64,000 nt of DNA from contig NZ_CP011125.1 in the NCBI RefSeq assembly GCF_000737325.1, positions 9,931,945-9,995,944 on the forward strand, in the 5' to 3' direction. A model generated the notes under the pieces. It saw only the letters and a program-made list of their open reading frames with translations. It searched no databases and was not told where the DNA came from. Below are positions 1 to 9,734 of the stretch, one piece after another. Made by a program: the position numbers and the translations under genes. How positions within the stretch are numbered: position 1 is the first letter of the stretch; each line of letters opens with the position of its first letter. The stretch comes from Sandaracinus amylolyticus (lineage in GTDB: Bacteria > Myxococcota_A > Polyangia > Polyangiales > Sandaracinaceae).

Positions 1-553
1 CGATCGTGAGCACGGCGTCGAACGCGCGCGCGAGATGCTCGGCCACGTGGCGGGCGACCCACGCGCGCTCGGGGTCGCGCACGACGTACGCGGGGTGCGA
101 GGGGATCGCGACGCCGTGCACGAGCTCGCCGCGATCCGGGCGCCCGACCGACTGGCTCGGAGGGTCGTCGCGACGCGCCCAGAGGCGGAGCTCGCGATCG
201 ACGGGCAGTCGATCGTCGTCGATGCCGTCGTTCCATCGAGCGAGCTCGGCGCTCGAGATGCCGTAGCGCTCGCAGATCATCGTGACGGTCTCGCGCGGCC
301 GCACGCGATGGCGGATCGCGTGGCCGTGCCCGACGACCAGTGACTGCCCGGCGCGCAGGCGATCGAGGTTCTGTCCCTCGTTGAGCGCACCGAGCTCGGA
401 CAGCGAGAGCCCGTGGCGCGACGCGATGCGCATCGCGGTGTCGCCGCGGACGACGGTGTACGCGATCGGCTCGAGATCGGCGCGTGCACCGAGCGGAGCG
501 AGCGCGAGCGCGACGATCACGAGCGCGACGCCGAGTGCGGCACGGGCGCGCAT
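1..553 (-). CDS. LysM-domain peptidoglycan-binding protein, putative cell-wall peptidase (5' part only; runs off the window)
   Basis: My own translation of the minus strand from the ATG at 553: signal peptide MRARAALGVALVIVALALAPLGARA, then two LysM-like modules (YTVVRGDTAMRIASRHGLSLSELGALN; HRVRPRETVTMICERYGISSAELARWN), then a peptidase-like region. The open frame reaches position 1. It is absent from the ORF track because it crosses the window edge. Confidence 0.6.
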   Translation of the reverse strand, partial: MRARAALGVALVIVALALAPLGARADLEPIAYTVVRGDTAMRIASRHGLSLSELGALNEGQNLDRLRAGQSLVVGHGHAIRHRVRPRETVTMICERYGISSAELARWNDGIDDDRLPVDRELRLWARRDDPPSQSVGRPDRGELVHGVAIPSHPAYVVRDPERAWVARHVAEHLARAFDAVLTI

Positions 554-641
554 GCTCCGACCCTCACCCGAGCCTCGCGCAGAACGCAAAAAAGCGACGG
601 GCCCGCCGGTGCGCGGGCCCGTCGCTCTCGGGACGCGAGCC

Positions 642-1488
642 TCAGCGCGCGGCGATCGGCACGACGGTGCACGCACCATCGCCCGGCGGGTCGTTGCAGA
701 CGAGGAGCTCGCGATCGACGCGCGGGCGCCCCGACGCACGACCGACCGCGACCAGCGTGTGGCGCGAGCCGGCGCTCGGCGTGAACCGCGCGACGCCGAG
801 GACGCGGCCGCGGCACGGCGTCGGGTTCGGCGCGCGGAGCTGCAGCGCGATCTCGCCCGAGGGCAGCACGTCGGCCCACTCGCCCGCGTCGCCGCGCGCG
901 AACGCGTTCGGCTCGACCGCGGTGAACACGGGGAGCGCGGGATCGCGCGGTGCCGCGCCGGCGACGCAGACGTCGACCGGGCCCTGGCCCGCGATCGCGT
1001 GGTAGAGGCGCAGCGCGGCGAGCCCTTCGCCCGGCGGCTCGGTGCGATCCGGCGCGACGACGACCGCGAGCGGCGGATCGCCGGCGGCCATCCCGACCAG
1101 GATCAGCGTCGTGCTGCTCTCGGACGCGAGCTCGGTGTCGGTGGCGAGCAGCTCCGGCGCCTCGCCGGTCTCGACCGAGGGCACGCCGAGCACGCGCACG
1201 TGGTGGGCGCCGGGCGGCACCTCGAGGTACGCGGTCGCGCTGCGATACGCGAGGTTGCTGATCACCGGCTCGGCGCCTTCGGCGAACGCGAACGACACGC
1301 TCGACACCGCGGGCTCGCTGGTCGCGTGGACGGCGCGGATGCGCGCCGGCGGCGGGGGAGGCGGAGGCGGAGGCGGCTCTTCGGCGCCCGCGGTCGTGGG
1401 CTCGGGCTCTGGCTCGGCGGCAGGAGCGCCGCCACAGGCGGCGAGGGCGAGCGAGATGAAGAGCGTCGACCAGGGACGTGAGCGCATC
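642..1488 (-). CDS. lipoprotein, DUF4397-like
   Basis: Lipobox LALAACGG after MRSRPWSTLFIS. AAGGAGG Shine-Dalgarno sits 5 nt upstream of the ATG at 1488. There is a poly-Pro linker and a C-terminal beta-rich domain; the family call is from memory. Confidence 0.6.
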
Positions 1489-1589
1489 GTTCCTCCTTGG
1501 AGCCAGCCGGCTTTGCCCCCGAGGGGGTGCACGAGTCAAGTGGTGCGGGATGCGGGGGCGGCGCGGATGGCGCATGTTCGCGCCCCTCG

Positions 1590-1892
1590 ATGGACGACGC
1601 GGCCGAGAAGGCGCACGCGCGCAAGGTGCGGCTCATGGCCCGGCTCACGTGGCCGGTGCTGGTCGCGGCGCTGATGCTGGTGCTCGGTCCGGCGCAGCTC
1701 GAGGGCGCGGCGAAGGCGATCACGCTCGCGCTGATGCTGGGCGCGGTGGCGGGCCTGAACGTTCCGTCGTGGGACGTGATCCGCCGGGCACGACGCGAAG
1801 GCGCGCCGGTGTCGTTGGTGCGCGCGCTGGGGTTCGCCCTCGCGCTGCGCCTCGGGGCGGCCGTCGTGATCGCGGTGCTGCTGCTGCGCTAG
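1590..1892 (+). CDS. small hypothetical membrane protein (two predicted TM helices)
   Basis: ORF with coding-like GC3, starting MDDAAEKAHARKV, with two hydrophobic helices. I recognise no homology. Confidence 0.35.
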   Translation: MDDAAEKAHARKVRLMARLTWPVLVAALMLVLGPAQLEGAAKAITLALMLGAVAGLNVPSWDVIRRARREGAPVSLVRALGFALALRLGAAVVIAVLLLR

Positions 1893-1950
1893 TCGCTCCG
1901 CGTTTTCTGGCGCGGTGCTGTTCCGCGGAGCGAACGTCCGGGCCGCGCCA

Positions 1951-2593
1951 CTAACGAGCGAGCGCGCGCAGGGCGGGATCCACGTCGGTCGCGCCGTATC
2001 CGTGCAGAACGATTGGGATCCGCGGGAGGCGCTCCGCGAGGATTCGGGCGTTCGAGCGGGTGCTGACGTCGGGCTCGGGCGTGGTGCGGTTGAGGACGAG
2101 CGCACCGACGGTGAGCCCCCGGCGCGCCGCGGCCTCGCACGTGGTGAGCGCGTCGGAGAGCACGCCGAGCCGGTCGGGCGCGACGACGATCAGCGGGAGG
2201 TGGAGCGAGACCGCGAGGTCCGCGATCGTGTGGTCGCGGTCGAGCGGGACGAGGAGGCCGCCGGCACCTTCGACGAGCACGAAGCGGGCGCGCGCGTGCT
2301 CGCAGAGGGTCGCGAGCAGGGAATCGAGCTGGAGGGGCGGCGCGCCGTCGAGCTCGGCTGCGTAGGGGCTCAGGGGGGCCGCGGCGCGGTACCAGCGAGG
2401 GTCGTCGGCGAGGGCGGGATCGCCCGAGGCGTCGGCGAGCGCGCGCGCATCGGCGGCGACGGGGTCGACGCCGGTCTCGATCGGCTTCAGCGCGGCGACC
2501 GAGATGCCGTCCGCGCGAAGCGCCCGGGCGAGCGCGGTGGCGACCGTGGTCTTGCCGGCGCCGGTGCCGGTCGCGGTCACGAAGAGGCCCTTC
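1951..2593 (-). CDS. bioD: dethiobiotin synthetase
   Basis: N-terminus MKGLFVTATGTGAGKTT (P-loop typical of BioD). Its ATG overlaps the bioF stop (ATGA). Confidence 0.9.
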
Positions 2594-3761
2594 ATCGGCG
2601 GAGGTCCGCGGCGACGGCGGCGAAGGCGTCGAGGACTCGATCGAGGTGCTCGTCGGTGTGTGCGGCGGTCGGGACGAGGCGGAGTCGAGACGTTCCTTGC
2701 GGCACCGTCGGCGGCCGGATGCCGTGGGCGAACACGCCGCGCTCGAGGAGGGCCGCGGAGACGCGCATCGCGGCAGCGGGCTCGCCGAGGAGCACCGGCA
2801 CGATCGGGGTCTCGCCATCGGGGACGTCGAAGCCGAGCGCGGGCAGCTCGCGGCGCAGGCGTGCGGTGTGACGGGCGAGGCGGGCGCGGCCGTCGTCGGC
2901 GCGCTCGAGGAGATGGAGCGCGGTCGGGACCGCCGCGGCGAGGGCGGGGGGCGTACCGGTCGAGAAGACGAAGCTGCGGGCGCGGTTCTCGACGAGCCGG
3001 ACCACGTCGCTGCTCGAGACGACGAAGGCCCCCGCGAGCCCGAGCGCCTTGCCGAGCGTGCCGAGCACGACGTCGGGGCGAACGTCGAGCTCGGCCGAGA
3101 GCCCGCGGCCGCCCGGCCCACGAACGCCGAGGGCATGGGCTTCGTCCACGTAGAGCCCGGCGTCGAAGCGATCGGCGAGGGCACGGAGCGCGGCGAGGGG
3201 CGCGAGGTCGCCGTCCATCGAGAAGATCGAGTCGGTGACCACGAGCGCGGTTCGGGCCTCGTGGCGATGGGCGGCGAGGAGCGCGGCGGCGTGCTCGACG
3301 TCGGCGTGGCGGTAGACGAGGACGCGAGCGCGGGAGAGCCGGCATCCGTCGATCAGCGAGGCGTGGTTGAGCGTGTCGCTGAGGACGAGGTCGCCCGGCC
3401 CGACGAGCGCGGAGATCGCACCGACGTTGGCGGCGTAGCCGCTGGAGAAGAGGAGCGACGACTCGTGTTCGGCGAAGCGGGCGAGGGCGAGCTCGGCCTC
3501 GCGGTGCGGGCTCATGGTGCCGCTGATCAGCCGGGAGGCGGCGGCGCCGGACCCCCAGCGGACGAGGGCGTCGCGTTGGGCGGCGGCGAGCTCGGGGTGC
3601 GAGGCGTGCCCGAGGTAGTCGTTCGAGCAGAGGAGAACGACCTCGCGCCCGTCGATGACGGCGGTGGGCCCTTGAGGGCTGGTGACGCGCCGCGGGGTCC
3701 TGAGCAGCCCGGCGTGTTCGATGTCGGCGAGGCGAGCCCGGACGTGTTCGGCAAAGCGCAC
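2592..3761 (-). CDS. bioF: 8-amino-7-oxononanoate synthase
   Basis: PLP-dependent class-II aminotransferase fold, with SMDGD and a PLP-lysine region (FSTGTPP...). Translationally coupled to bioD. Confidence 0.9.
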   Translation of the reverse strand: MRFAEHVRARLADIEHAGLLRTPRRVTSPQGPTAVIDGREVVLLCSNDYLGHASHPELAAAQRDALVRWGSGAAASRLISGTMSPHREAELALARFAEHESSLLFSSGYAANVGAISALVGPGDLVLSDTLNHASLIDGCRLSRARVLVYRHADVEHAAALLAAHRHEARTALVVTDSIFSMDGDLAPLAALRALADRFDAGLYVDEAHALGVRGPGGRGLSAELDVRPDVVLGTLGKALGLAGAFVVSSSDVVRLVENRARSFVFSTGTPPALAAAVPTALHLLERADDGRARLARHTARLRRELPALGFDVPDGETPIVPVLLGEPAAAMRVSAALLERGVFAHGIRPPTVPQGTSRLRLVPTAAHTDEHLDRVLDAFAAVAADLRR

Positions 3762-3812
3762 GGCGGGCGAGGGTAGCAGGGGAGGGTCAGCGGGGCAGGT
3801 GCGGCGGGTGCG

Positions 3813-5573
3813 CGTTTCACGTGAAACGGTGGGAGCTGAGGTGCTGGAAGGGTCGAGTCCTGTCGGCGGGGCTCGTGGATGGGGGGGACCGAAGCGGCGC
3901 AGCTAGGGGTCGGCGCGGCGGGGCGTCGGGGCGCGGATGGTTGCTGCAGCGAGCGCGCAGACGGCTCTGGCGAGCGTTTCACGTGAAACGGACAACGCGC
4001 GCGGTGAGGCTCGTTTCACGTGAAACTCGTGGCGAGCCCGAAGTCTCGTGGGCGCCGGGTGCGCGCGTACGGCGGGACGGGAGGCAGGGCAGGCTGCCCG
4101 TGCGGGCGAGCGCAGCTGAGCGGGGGACCAGCTCGTCGCGTTGCCGCGGGTTTGCCGCGCAGGTCCCGCGTCGAGCCGAGGGCACCCGGTGGGTGTCGGC
4201 GATGCTCTTCGGACGATTGGTGGGCCGCGGGACGACGGCTGCGGAACCACGCCGTCGCACCGAGCGCTGACGCTCCTGGTAGCGAGCGAGACGAGGAATG
4301 CCGGGGACCTCTTGGAACGGGGCAGGCGGAGACGCGCGCCGGCAGCGGGAGCAGCGTGTTTCCGATCGCCGAGGAGTTGCGGAGGAGCGCGACGCGGCGC
4401 GGGGGAAGGTGGTTTCACGTGAGACGTCGGCGCGTGTCGATGGGAGCGGCGCGCGGGCGCTGCGACCTTCCGTCGAGGCCCGGCGGGACTCAACGAGTCG
4501 GGTCCTCCGGGGGAGACGGCGACCGGTCGGGACGCAGGCATCGCGGGCACTCGGGAGGTGCGGTGCCCAGGGCGGTCGGCGTCCTCCGCGAGCAGTGCAC
4601 AGCCGCTCGGGACGGGTGTTGGACGCAGGGCGACCGGAACGCCGGGGCCGCCTCGTTCGGAGGAGTGCGCGTGGTTCGGCTGCGAGCGCGACGAACGGTC
4701 CACTCGCGCGGGAAGGGGCCAGGGCGGCAGCGGCGGGCGGAGGCTCTCACGCCATGCGTCGTTAGCGACTCGAGCCGCAGACCGCCCGGGTTCGGGGGGA
4801 CACGTTCGCGCGCGATCCACGGTGTGGATGGGAGAGGTGATCGCACAGCGTCGCGGACCGTGGCGGCGGCAGGCTTGGCCCGTGCCTCGATCCGAGCGCG
4901 GCGGGGCCGCTGCGAGAGGGTGGCCGGCGGAGCGCGTGCACCGACGCGGCGCAATCCCCGCGGCCCACGGGAGTTCGGCGCGACGGCGCGGCAGGAGGAC
5001 GCGGGGCCACGCCGACGCGCGCCGACCAGCCCGGCGCCGGCGTCGTGCCCGCACGCGGAGGTCCGCGGCCGCGCGCTCCCGCTGACTAGCAGTGGACCAG
5101 CTCGGGCGGAGGAGGCTGCGTACCGGGGCGCCGCGGCCGGAGACCACGGCACGACGAGTCGTGCGCGCGGTCGGCTCGTGCGTGGCGCGCCCAACGAGCT
5201 CGAACGCTGCCGAGGGGCTCGGCCCCGGCGGTTCACGTGAAACGGACTGCTCAGAGGCCTCAGCACGTGGGGGCTACCCAGTCCGAGACGTCGCGAGATC
5301 GAGGTCCGCGTGCTGGTCGCGCGCACGCGCGCAGCCGAGCGCGCGTGCCGCCGCTTCCACGGTCGACACTTCGCTGCCGCCGGAGGCCGCCGGCAGGCCC
5401 CGCGGGCAGCCGGGGAGGGCACGCCCGTGTCGGGGGTGGCGTCGCTCCTCGTCACCTCCGGGCCCCGATGGAGCTACCAGGCGAGCGCCCGCCCCGCCCC
5501 ATCACCCCAATCGCGCCCCGCTCCCGTCTGTGCGACGCTGACGACCCCTCCCGAGCAGCGTTTCACGTGAAAC
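3813..5573. repeat. six copies of the 14-bp perfect palindrome GTTTCACGTGAAAC scattered through an ORF-free 1.8-kb region
   Basis: Exact copies at 3813-3826, 3976-3989, 4013-4026 and 5560-5573. One-mismatch copies at 4412-4425 (GTTTCACGTGAGAC) and 5231-5243 (GTTCACGTGAAAC). The first lies 52 bp upstream of the bioF start. The last contains the GTG start codon (5567) of the downstream lipoprotein gene. Confidence 0.9.
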
Positions 5574-7747
5574 TTCGACTCACCCCGCTCGCTCTCCTCG
5601 CGCTCCTCGCCGGCTGTAGCTCGCCCGCGACCGACGCCCCCTCGGCGCCCTCGCCCCCCAGCGCGCCCGTCGCCTCCGCGCCGTCCTCCTCCGAACCCTC
5701 GCGCTCCGTCCTCCTCGCCGAAGCCGACGCGCGACGCCTCTCTCCGACCCTCACCGCGGCGCTCGCCTCGCCCGACGCCGAGACCCGCGCCGCCTCCACT
5801 CTCTCCCTCGGCCGGCTGCACGACCCGGCTGCTTTTCCCCTCCTCGCGCGCGCGCTGCGCGACCCCGCGCCCGAGGTCCGTGACGCCGCTTCCCTCGGCG
5901 TCGGCGCCCTCGAAGACGCCGCGCCGGACGCCGCCTCCGCCGCGCTCCTCGGCGCGCTCGCCACCGAGGCCGACCCCGCGATCCGCGCGCACCAGCTCTT
6001 CGACCTCGGCCGCCTCGCCACCGACGAAGCGCTCGCCGCGCTCCCCGCCGCCCTCGCGTCCGAGCATCCCGTCGAGCGCGAAGCCGCCTGCCTCGGCCTC
6101 GCGAACGCCGCCCTGCGAGGTCGCGTCCCGGACGCCTCTCTTCTCCGGCGCGCGGCCACCCGCATCCCCGACGACGCCTCGTCGCGCGTCCGCCTGGCCT
6201 GCGCCCACGCCCTGTCACGCGTCGCGCCCGCGCCCGACCCCGCCGACGCAACCGCGATCGGCGACGAGCTCGCCCGCGGTCTCGACGACGCCGACGCCGA
6301 CGTTCGCGCGATGTCGGCCCGCGCGCTCGCCCGCCACCCCGGCTCGTCCCTCGCGCGCCTCACCGCTGCCACCGAGGACCCCGACTGGACCGTCGCGGTC
6401 CACGCCCTCCGCGCGCTCGCCCGACGCGCGCACGCCGATCACGCCGAGCCCGCCTACGCCGCGCAGATCCGCGCGCTCCTCGACCGCCTCCTCGCCTCCG
6501 GCGACGTCGCCCCCGGCCCACCCCTCCACGTCTTCCTCACCGCGCTCGACGTCCCCGCGCCGATGGCCCGTCACGGCGCGATCCACACCGTCGCCGCCGA
6601 CGCGCTCGCCCGCCTCGCTGCCGTTCCCCCCGACGTCCCGGCCACCCGCGACCGCGGCCTCGCCCACTGCGCGGTCGCGCGCCTGGTCGACCTCGGGCGC
6701 GGCTGGCCTGCGCGCGTCGACACCTGCGGTCTCGAGCAGGTCGCCGACCACGAGCGCCAGGTGCTCGCCGCCGAGGTGCTCACCGCCGTCGAAGGCTCCG
6801 AAGCGCAGCGCGGCGTGTACCTCCAGCGCCTCCTCCGCCACGAGCATGCGCGCGTGCGCCAGGCCGCGGTGACCGGGATGGGCGCCCTCGACACCCGCGA
6901 GGCGCTCGCCGCGCTGCTCGCGACGCTGCGCGACGACGAGGACGCCGGCGTGACCAACGCCGCGCTCGAAGCGCTCCGCGCGGCCGGGTCACGCCGCGCG
7001 AGCCGCCTCGCCGCGATGGTCCTCGCCGGCGACACCGCCGACGACGGCTGGCCCGCCGCCGCCGTTCTCGCCGCCCTCCGCACCGCGCTCGCCCGCGTCC
7101 GCGCCGCGGACGATCTCGAGGGTCTCGTGACGTGGATCGCCACCGCTCGCGAGCTCTCCGCCCGCGAGCTCGCGTCCGACGCGCGCCCCCTCGCCCGGCA
7201 CGCCAACCTCGCCGTCCGTCGCGCCGCGCTCGAGCTCCTCGCCGAGGCGGGGGTCGCTCCTCCGGACGGCGAGCCCGCCGCGCCGCCCCGACCGCTCGAT
7301 GCGCCCTCGATCGCCGCCGCGCCCCAGGGCCGCGTCGTGCTCGACACCGACCGCGGCGAGGTCGTCATCGAGCTCTGGACCGATCGCGCCCCCACGACGG
7401 TCGCCCGCTTCGTCGAGCTCGTGCGCGCCGGCTTCTACGACGGGCTCACCTTCCACCGCGTCGTGCCGGCGTTCGTGGTGCAGGGCGGCGATCCACGCGG
7501 CGACGGGTATGGCGGGCCCGGCTGGTCCCAGCGCTGCGAGGACCATCGCGCCACCTACGACCGCGGCGTCGTCGGGATGGCGCTCGCCGGGCGCGACACC
7601 GGCGGCAGCCAGTTCTTCATCACGCACTCCCCGCAGCCCCACCTCGACGCCCGCTACACCGCGTTCGGGCGCGTCACGTCGGGCATGGACGCGGTCGACC
7701 GCATCCAGCCGGGCGATCACATCCGACGCGCCCGCTTCGAGCAGTGA
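5567..7747 (+). CDS. lipoprotein with HEAT/PBS-lyase-like repeats fused to a C-terminal cyclophilin-type peptidyl-prolyl isomerase
   Basis: The GTG start is followed by KLRLTPLALLALLAGCSS (lipobox). The central part is repetitive, alanine-rich and HEAT-like. The C-terminus has cyclophilin signatures (FHRVVPAFVVQGGDP, GGSQFFIT). The upstream in-frame Met at 5237 gives only an Arg-rich junk extension. Confidence 0.8.
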   Translation: MKLRLTPLALLALLAGCSSPATDAPSAPSPPSAPVASAPSSSEPSRSVLLAEADARRLSPTLTAALASPDAETRAASTLSLGRLHDPAAFPLLARALRDPAPEVRDAASLGVGALEDAAPDAASAALLGALATEADPAIRAHQLFDLGRLATDEALAALPAALASEHPVEREAACLGLANAALRGRVPDASLLRRAATRIPDDASSRVRLACAHALSRVAPAPDPADATAIGDELARGLDDADADVRAMSARALARHPGSSLARLTAATEDPDWTVAVHALRALARRAHADHAEPAYAAQIRALLDRLLASGDVAPGPPLHVFLTALDVPAPMARHGAIHTVAADALARLAAVPPDVPATRDRGLAHCAVARLVDLGRGWPARVDTCGLEQVADHERQVLAAEVLTAVEGSEAQRGVYLQRLLRHEHARVRQAAVTGMGALDTREALAALLATLRDDEDAGVTNAALEALRAAGSRRASRLAAMVLAGDTADDGWPAAAVLAALRTALARVRAADDLEGLVTWIATARELSARELASDARPLARHANLAVRRAALELLAEAGVAPPDGEPAAPPRPLDAPSIAAAPQGRVVLDTDRGEVVIELWTDRAPTTVARFVELVRAGFYDGLTFHRVVPAFVVQGGDPRGDGYGGPGWSQRCEDHRATYDRGVVGMALAGRDTGGSQFFITHSPQPHLDARYTAFGRVTSGMDAVDRIQPGDHIRRARFEQ

Positions 7748-7845
7748 GTATCCTCGATGCTACGGTCCTTTCGACCCAGCCCCGCGCCCGCTCGCACCGC
7801 GCTCCGTACTGCTCGTCCAACCCTGCTTGAACACTCGGAATCTGC

Positions 7846-8646
7846 ATGGTAGCCGGGAACGTCGTGCCGCTCGTCGACCTCACGCGACTGCCCGCGCACG
7901 TCGCCATCATCATGGACGGCAACGGCCGCTGGGCGCAGGACCGCGGGATGCCCCGTCCGATCGGCCATCGCGAGGGCAGCGAGTCGGTGCGGCGCACGGT
8001 GCGCGCGTGCCGCCGCCTCGGCGTCCGGGCGCTCACGCTCTACGCGTTCAGCGAGCAGAACTGGCACCGTCCGCCCTTCGAGGTCGAGGCGCTCATGGAG
8101 CTGCTCCGCGAGTTCCTCCTCTCGGAGCGCGAGGAGCTCATCGCGAACCAGATCCGCCTCCGCATGGTCGGCCGTCGCGATCGTCTCCCCGCGCGAGTCC
8201 GCGAGGTGCTCGATCGCATCGAGGGGGAGACCGCGGACTTCCACGAGATGACGCTCACGCTCGCGCTCTCGTACGGCGGGCGCGAGGAGATCGCGGACGC
8301 CGCGCGCGCCCTCGCGATGCAGGCCGCCAAGGGCGAGCTCGACCCCCATCGCATCGACGAGTCGCTGATCGACGCGGTCCTCCCGTCGATGGAGGTCGGC
8401 GCGGTGGACCTGCTCATCCGCACCGGCGGCGAGCAGCGCATCTCGAACTTCCTGCTCTGGGGCGCGGCGTACGCCGAGCTCTATTTCTCCGATCGCCTCT
8501 GGCCCGACTGGACCGAGGTCGATCTCTACGGCGCGATCGAGTCGTTCCAGACGCGCGACCGTCGGTTCGGTCGAGTATCCTCCGACGCCCAGGTGGCTAC
8601 GATGGATGACCTCGCCCCCGACGCGGCCCCGCGCGCGCATGCCTGA
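7846..8646 (+). CDS. uppS: undecaprenyl-diphosphate synthase (isoprenyl transferase)
   Basis: Motifs HVAIIMDGNGRWA and RTGGEQRISNFLLW. Confidence 0.9.
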   Translation: MVAGNVVPLVDLTRLPAHVAIIMDGNGRWAQDRGMPRPIGHREGSESVRRTVRACRRLGVRALTLYAFSEQNWHRPPFEVEALMELLREFLLSEREELIANQIRLRMVGRRDRLPARVREVLDRIEGETADFHEMTLTLALSYGGREEIADAARALAMQAAKGELDPHRIDESLIDAVLPSMEVGAVDLLIRTGGEQRISNFLLWGAAYAELYFSDRLWPDWTEVDLYGAIESFQTRDRRFGRVSSDAQVATMDDLAPDAAPRAHA

Positions 8647-9523
8647 GACCAGCGCTCCCTCGTCCGAGCCCGACGTGGACAAGAAGAAGGCGGCCGACGC
8701 CGCCTTCCTGCGCAACACGCTCGCGCGCCTCGGGACCGCCCTCATCGGCATCCCGATCCTCCTCTATCTGATGTTCTGGGCGCCCTGGTGGGGCTTCCAG
8801 ATCCTCGTCGCGATCGCGATCGCGCGCGCCTCGCACGAGCTCTTCCGGATCACGCACTTCGACTCGAAGCCGATGCACGTGCTCGGCGTCGTGATGTCGC
8901 TCGCGACGACCGCGGTGCTGGTGTTCCTCCGCGACCAGCCGGACGCGCTGCTCGGCCTGATCCTCGGGCTCGGCGCGGTCGGCGCGCTCGGCGGTCTGCT
9001 CGCGCCGCTGCCCTACGATCGCGCCGGCTCGCGCGTCGCGTGGCTGATCGGCGGCCCGCTCTACGTCGGCGGTCTGCTCGGCACCGTCGCGGTGCTGCAC
9101 ACGCTCGAGAAGGGCGGCGCGTGGGTGCTCCTCGCGATGTGGCTCGCGTGGGCGAGCGACACCGGCGCGTACTTCGCGGGCCGCTACTTCGGCAAGACGA
9201 AGCTCTACCCCGCCGTCTCGCCGTCGAAGACCGTGCAGGGCTCGATCGGCGGGCTGCTCGGGTCGCTCACCGGCGGCCTCGCCGCGCACTTCGGGTTCCT
9301 CCCCGAGCTGCCGCTGCTCGACGCCGTCCTGCTCGCGCTCATCGGCGGTGCGCTGGGTCAGATGGGCGACCTCGTCGAGTCGCTCGTCAAGCGCAGCACC
9401 GGCGTGAAGGACAGCGGCTCGATCCTGCCGGGACACGGCGGTCTGCTCGACCGCGTCGATGCGCTGATGTTCACGGCGCTCGCGTGCCTGATCTACGCGA
9501 GCTGGATCCTGCCTCTGCGATAA
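8639..9523 (+). CDS. cdsA: phosphatidate cytidylyltransferase
   Basis: Multi-TM protein with the C-terminal CDS signature (SxxKRxxGVKDSGxxxPGHGGxxDRxD). It overlaps the uppS stop, matching the usual uppS-cdsA arrangement. The start may be the ATG at 8639 (MPETS) or 8606. Confidence 0.85.
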   Translation: MPETSAPSSEPDVDKKKAADAAFLRNTLARLGTALIGIPILLYLMFWAPWWGFQILVAIAIARASHELFRITHFDSKPMHVLGVVMSLATTAVLVFLRDQPDALLGLILGLGAVGALGGLLAPLPYDRAGSRVAWLIGGPLYVGGLLGTVAVLHTLEKGGAWVLLAMWLAWASDTGAYFAGRYFGKTKLYPAVSPSKTVQGSIGGLLGSLTGGLAAHFGFLPELPLLDAVLLALIGGALGQMGDLVESLVKRSTGVKDSGSILPGHGGLLDRVDALMFTALACLIYASWILPLR

Positions 9524-9734
9524 ATCACGCCGCGATTGACGCACTCGTGATCCGTCGCACTCTCGCGCATTCACGCGCGGGCGACGAAATCCGCTGCTCT
9601 GACGGGCATTTCTGCCTCGTCCGCACGACGCGGCGCGTCGTTGCGCCACATGGACGGGGGGTGCATAGGCCCGCCATTGCCCTCGAGCCCAAGGCGCCAA
9701 TGCCGGCTCCCAGGGGGATGGAGTCCGGAGGACC

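Noticed and set aside
1897-1939. Inverted repeat GCTCCGCG...CGCGGAGC between the small membrane ORF and bioD as a terminator
   Set aside because: The loop is 22 nt and there is no flanking U-run on either strand. It is too weak to call.
3821-5455. Several 150-414-aa ORFs (3821..4270, 3903..5147, 4020..5240, 4490..5455) inside the palindrome-bearing interval
   Set aside because: All are extremely Arg/Gly/Pro-rich with no hydrophobic cores. They occur in multiple overlapping frames on both strands, and their apparent starts are just the GTG inside the palindromes. The interval is treated as non-coding.
5237-5566. ATG at 5237 as the start of the HEAT-PPIase gene (836-aa version)
   Set aside because: The extra 110 residues are Arg/Pro-rich and lack a signal peptide. 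A lipoprotein signal starts exactly at the GTG at 5567.
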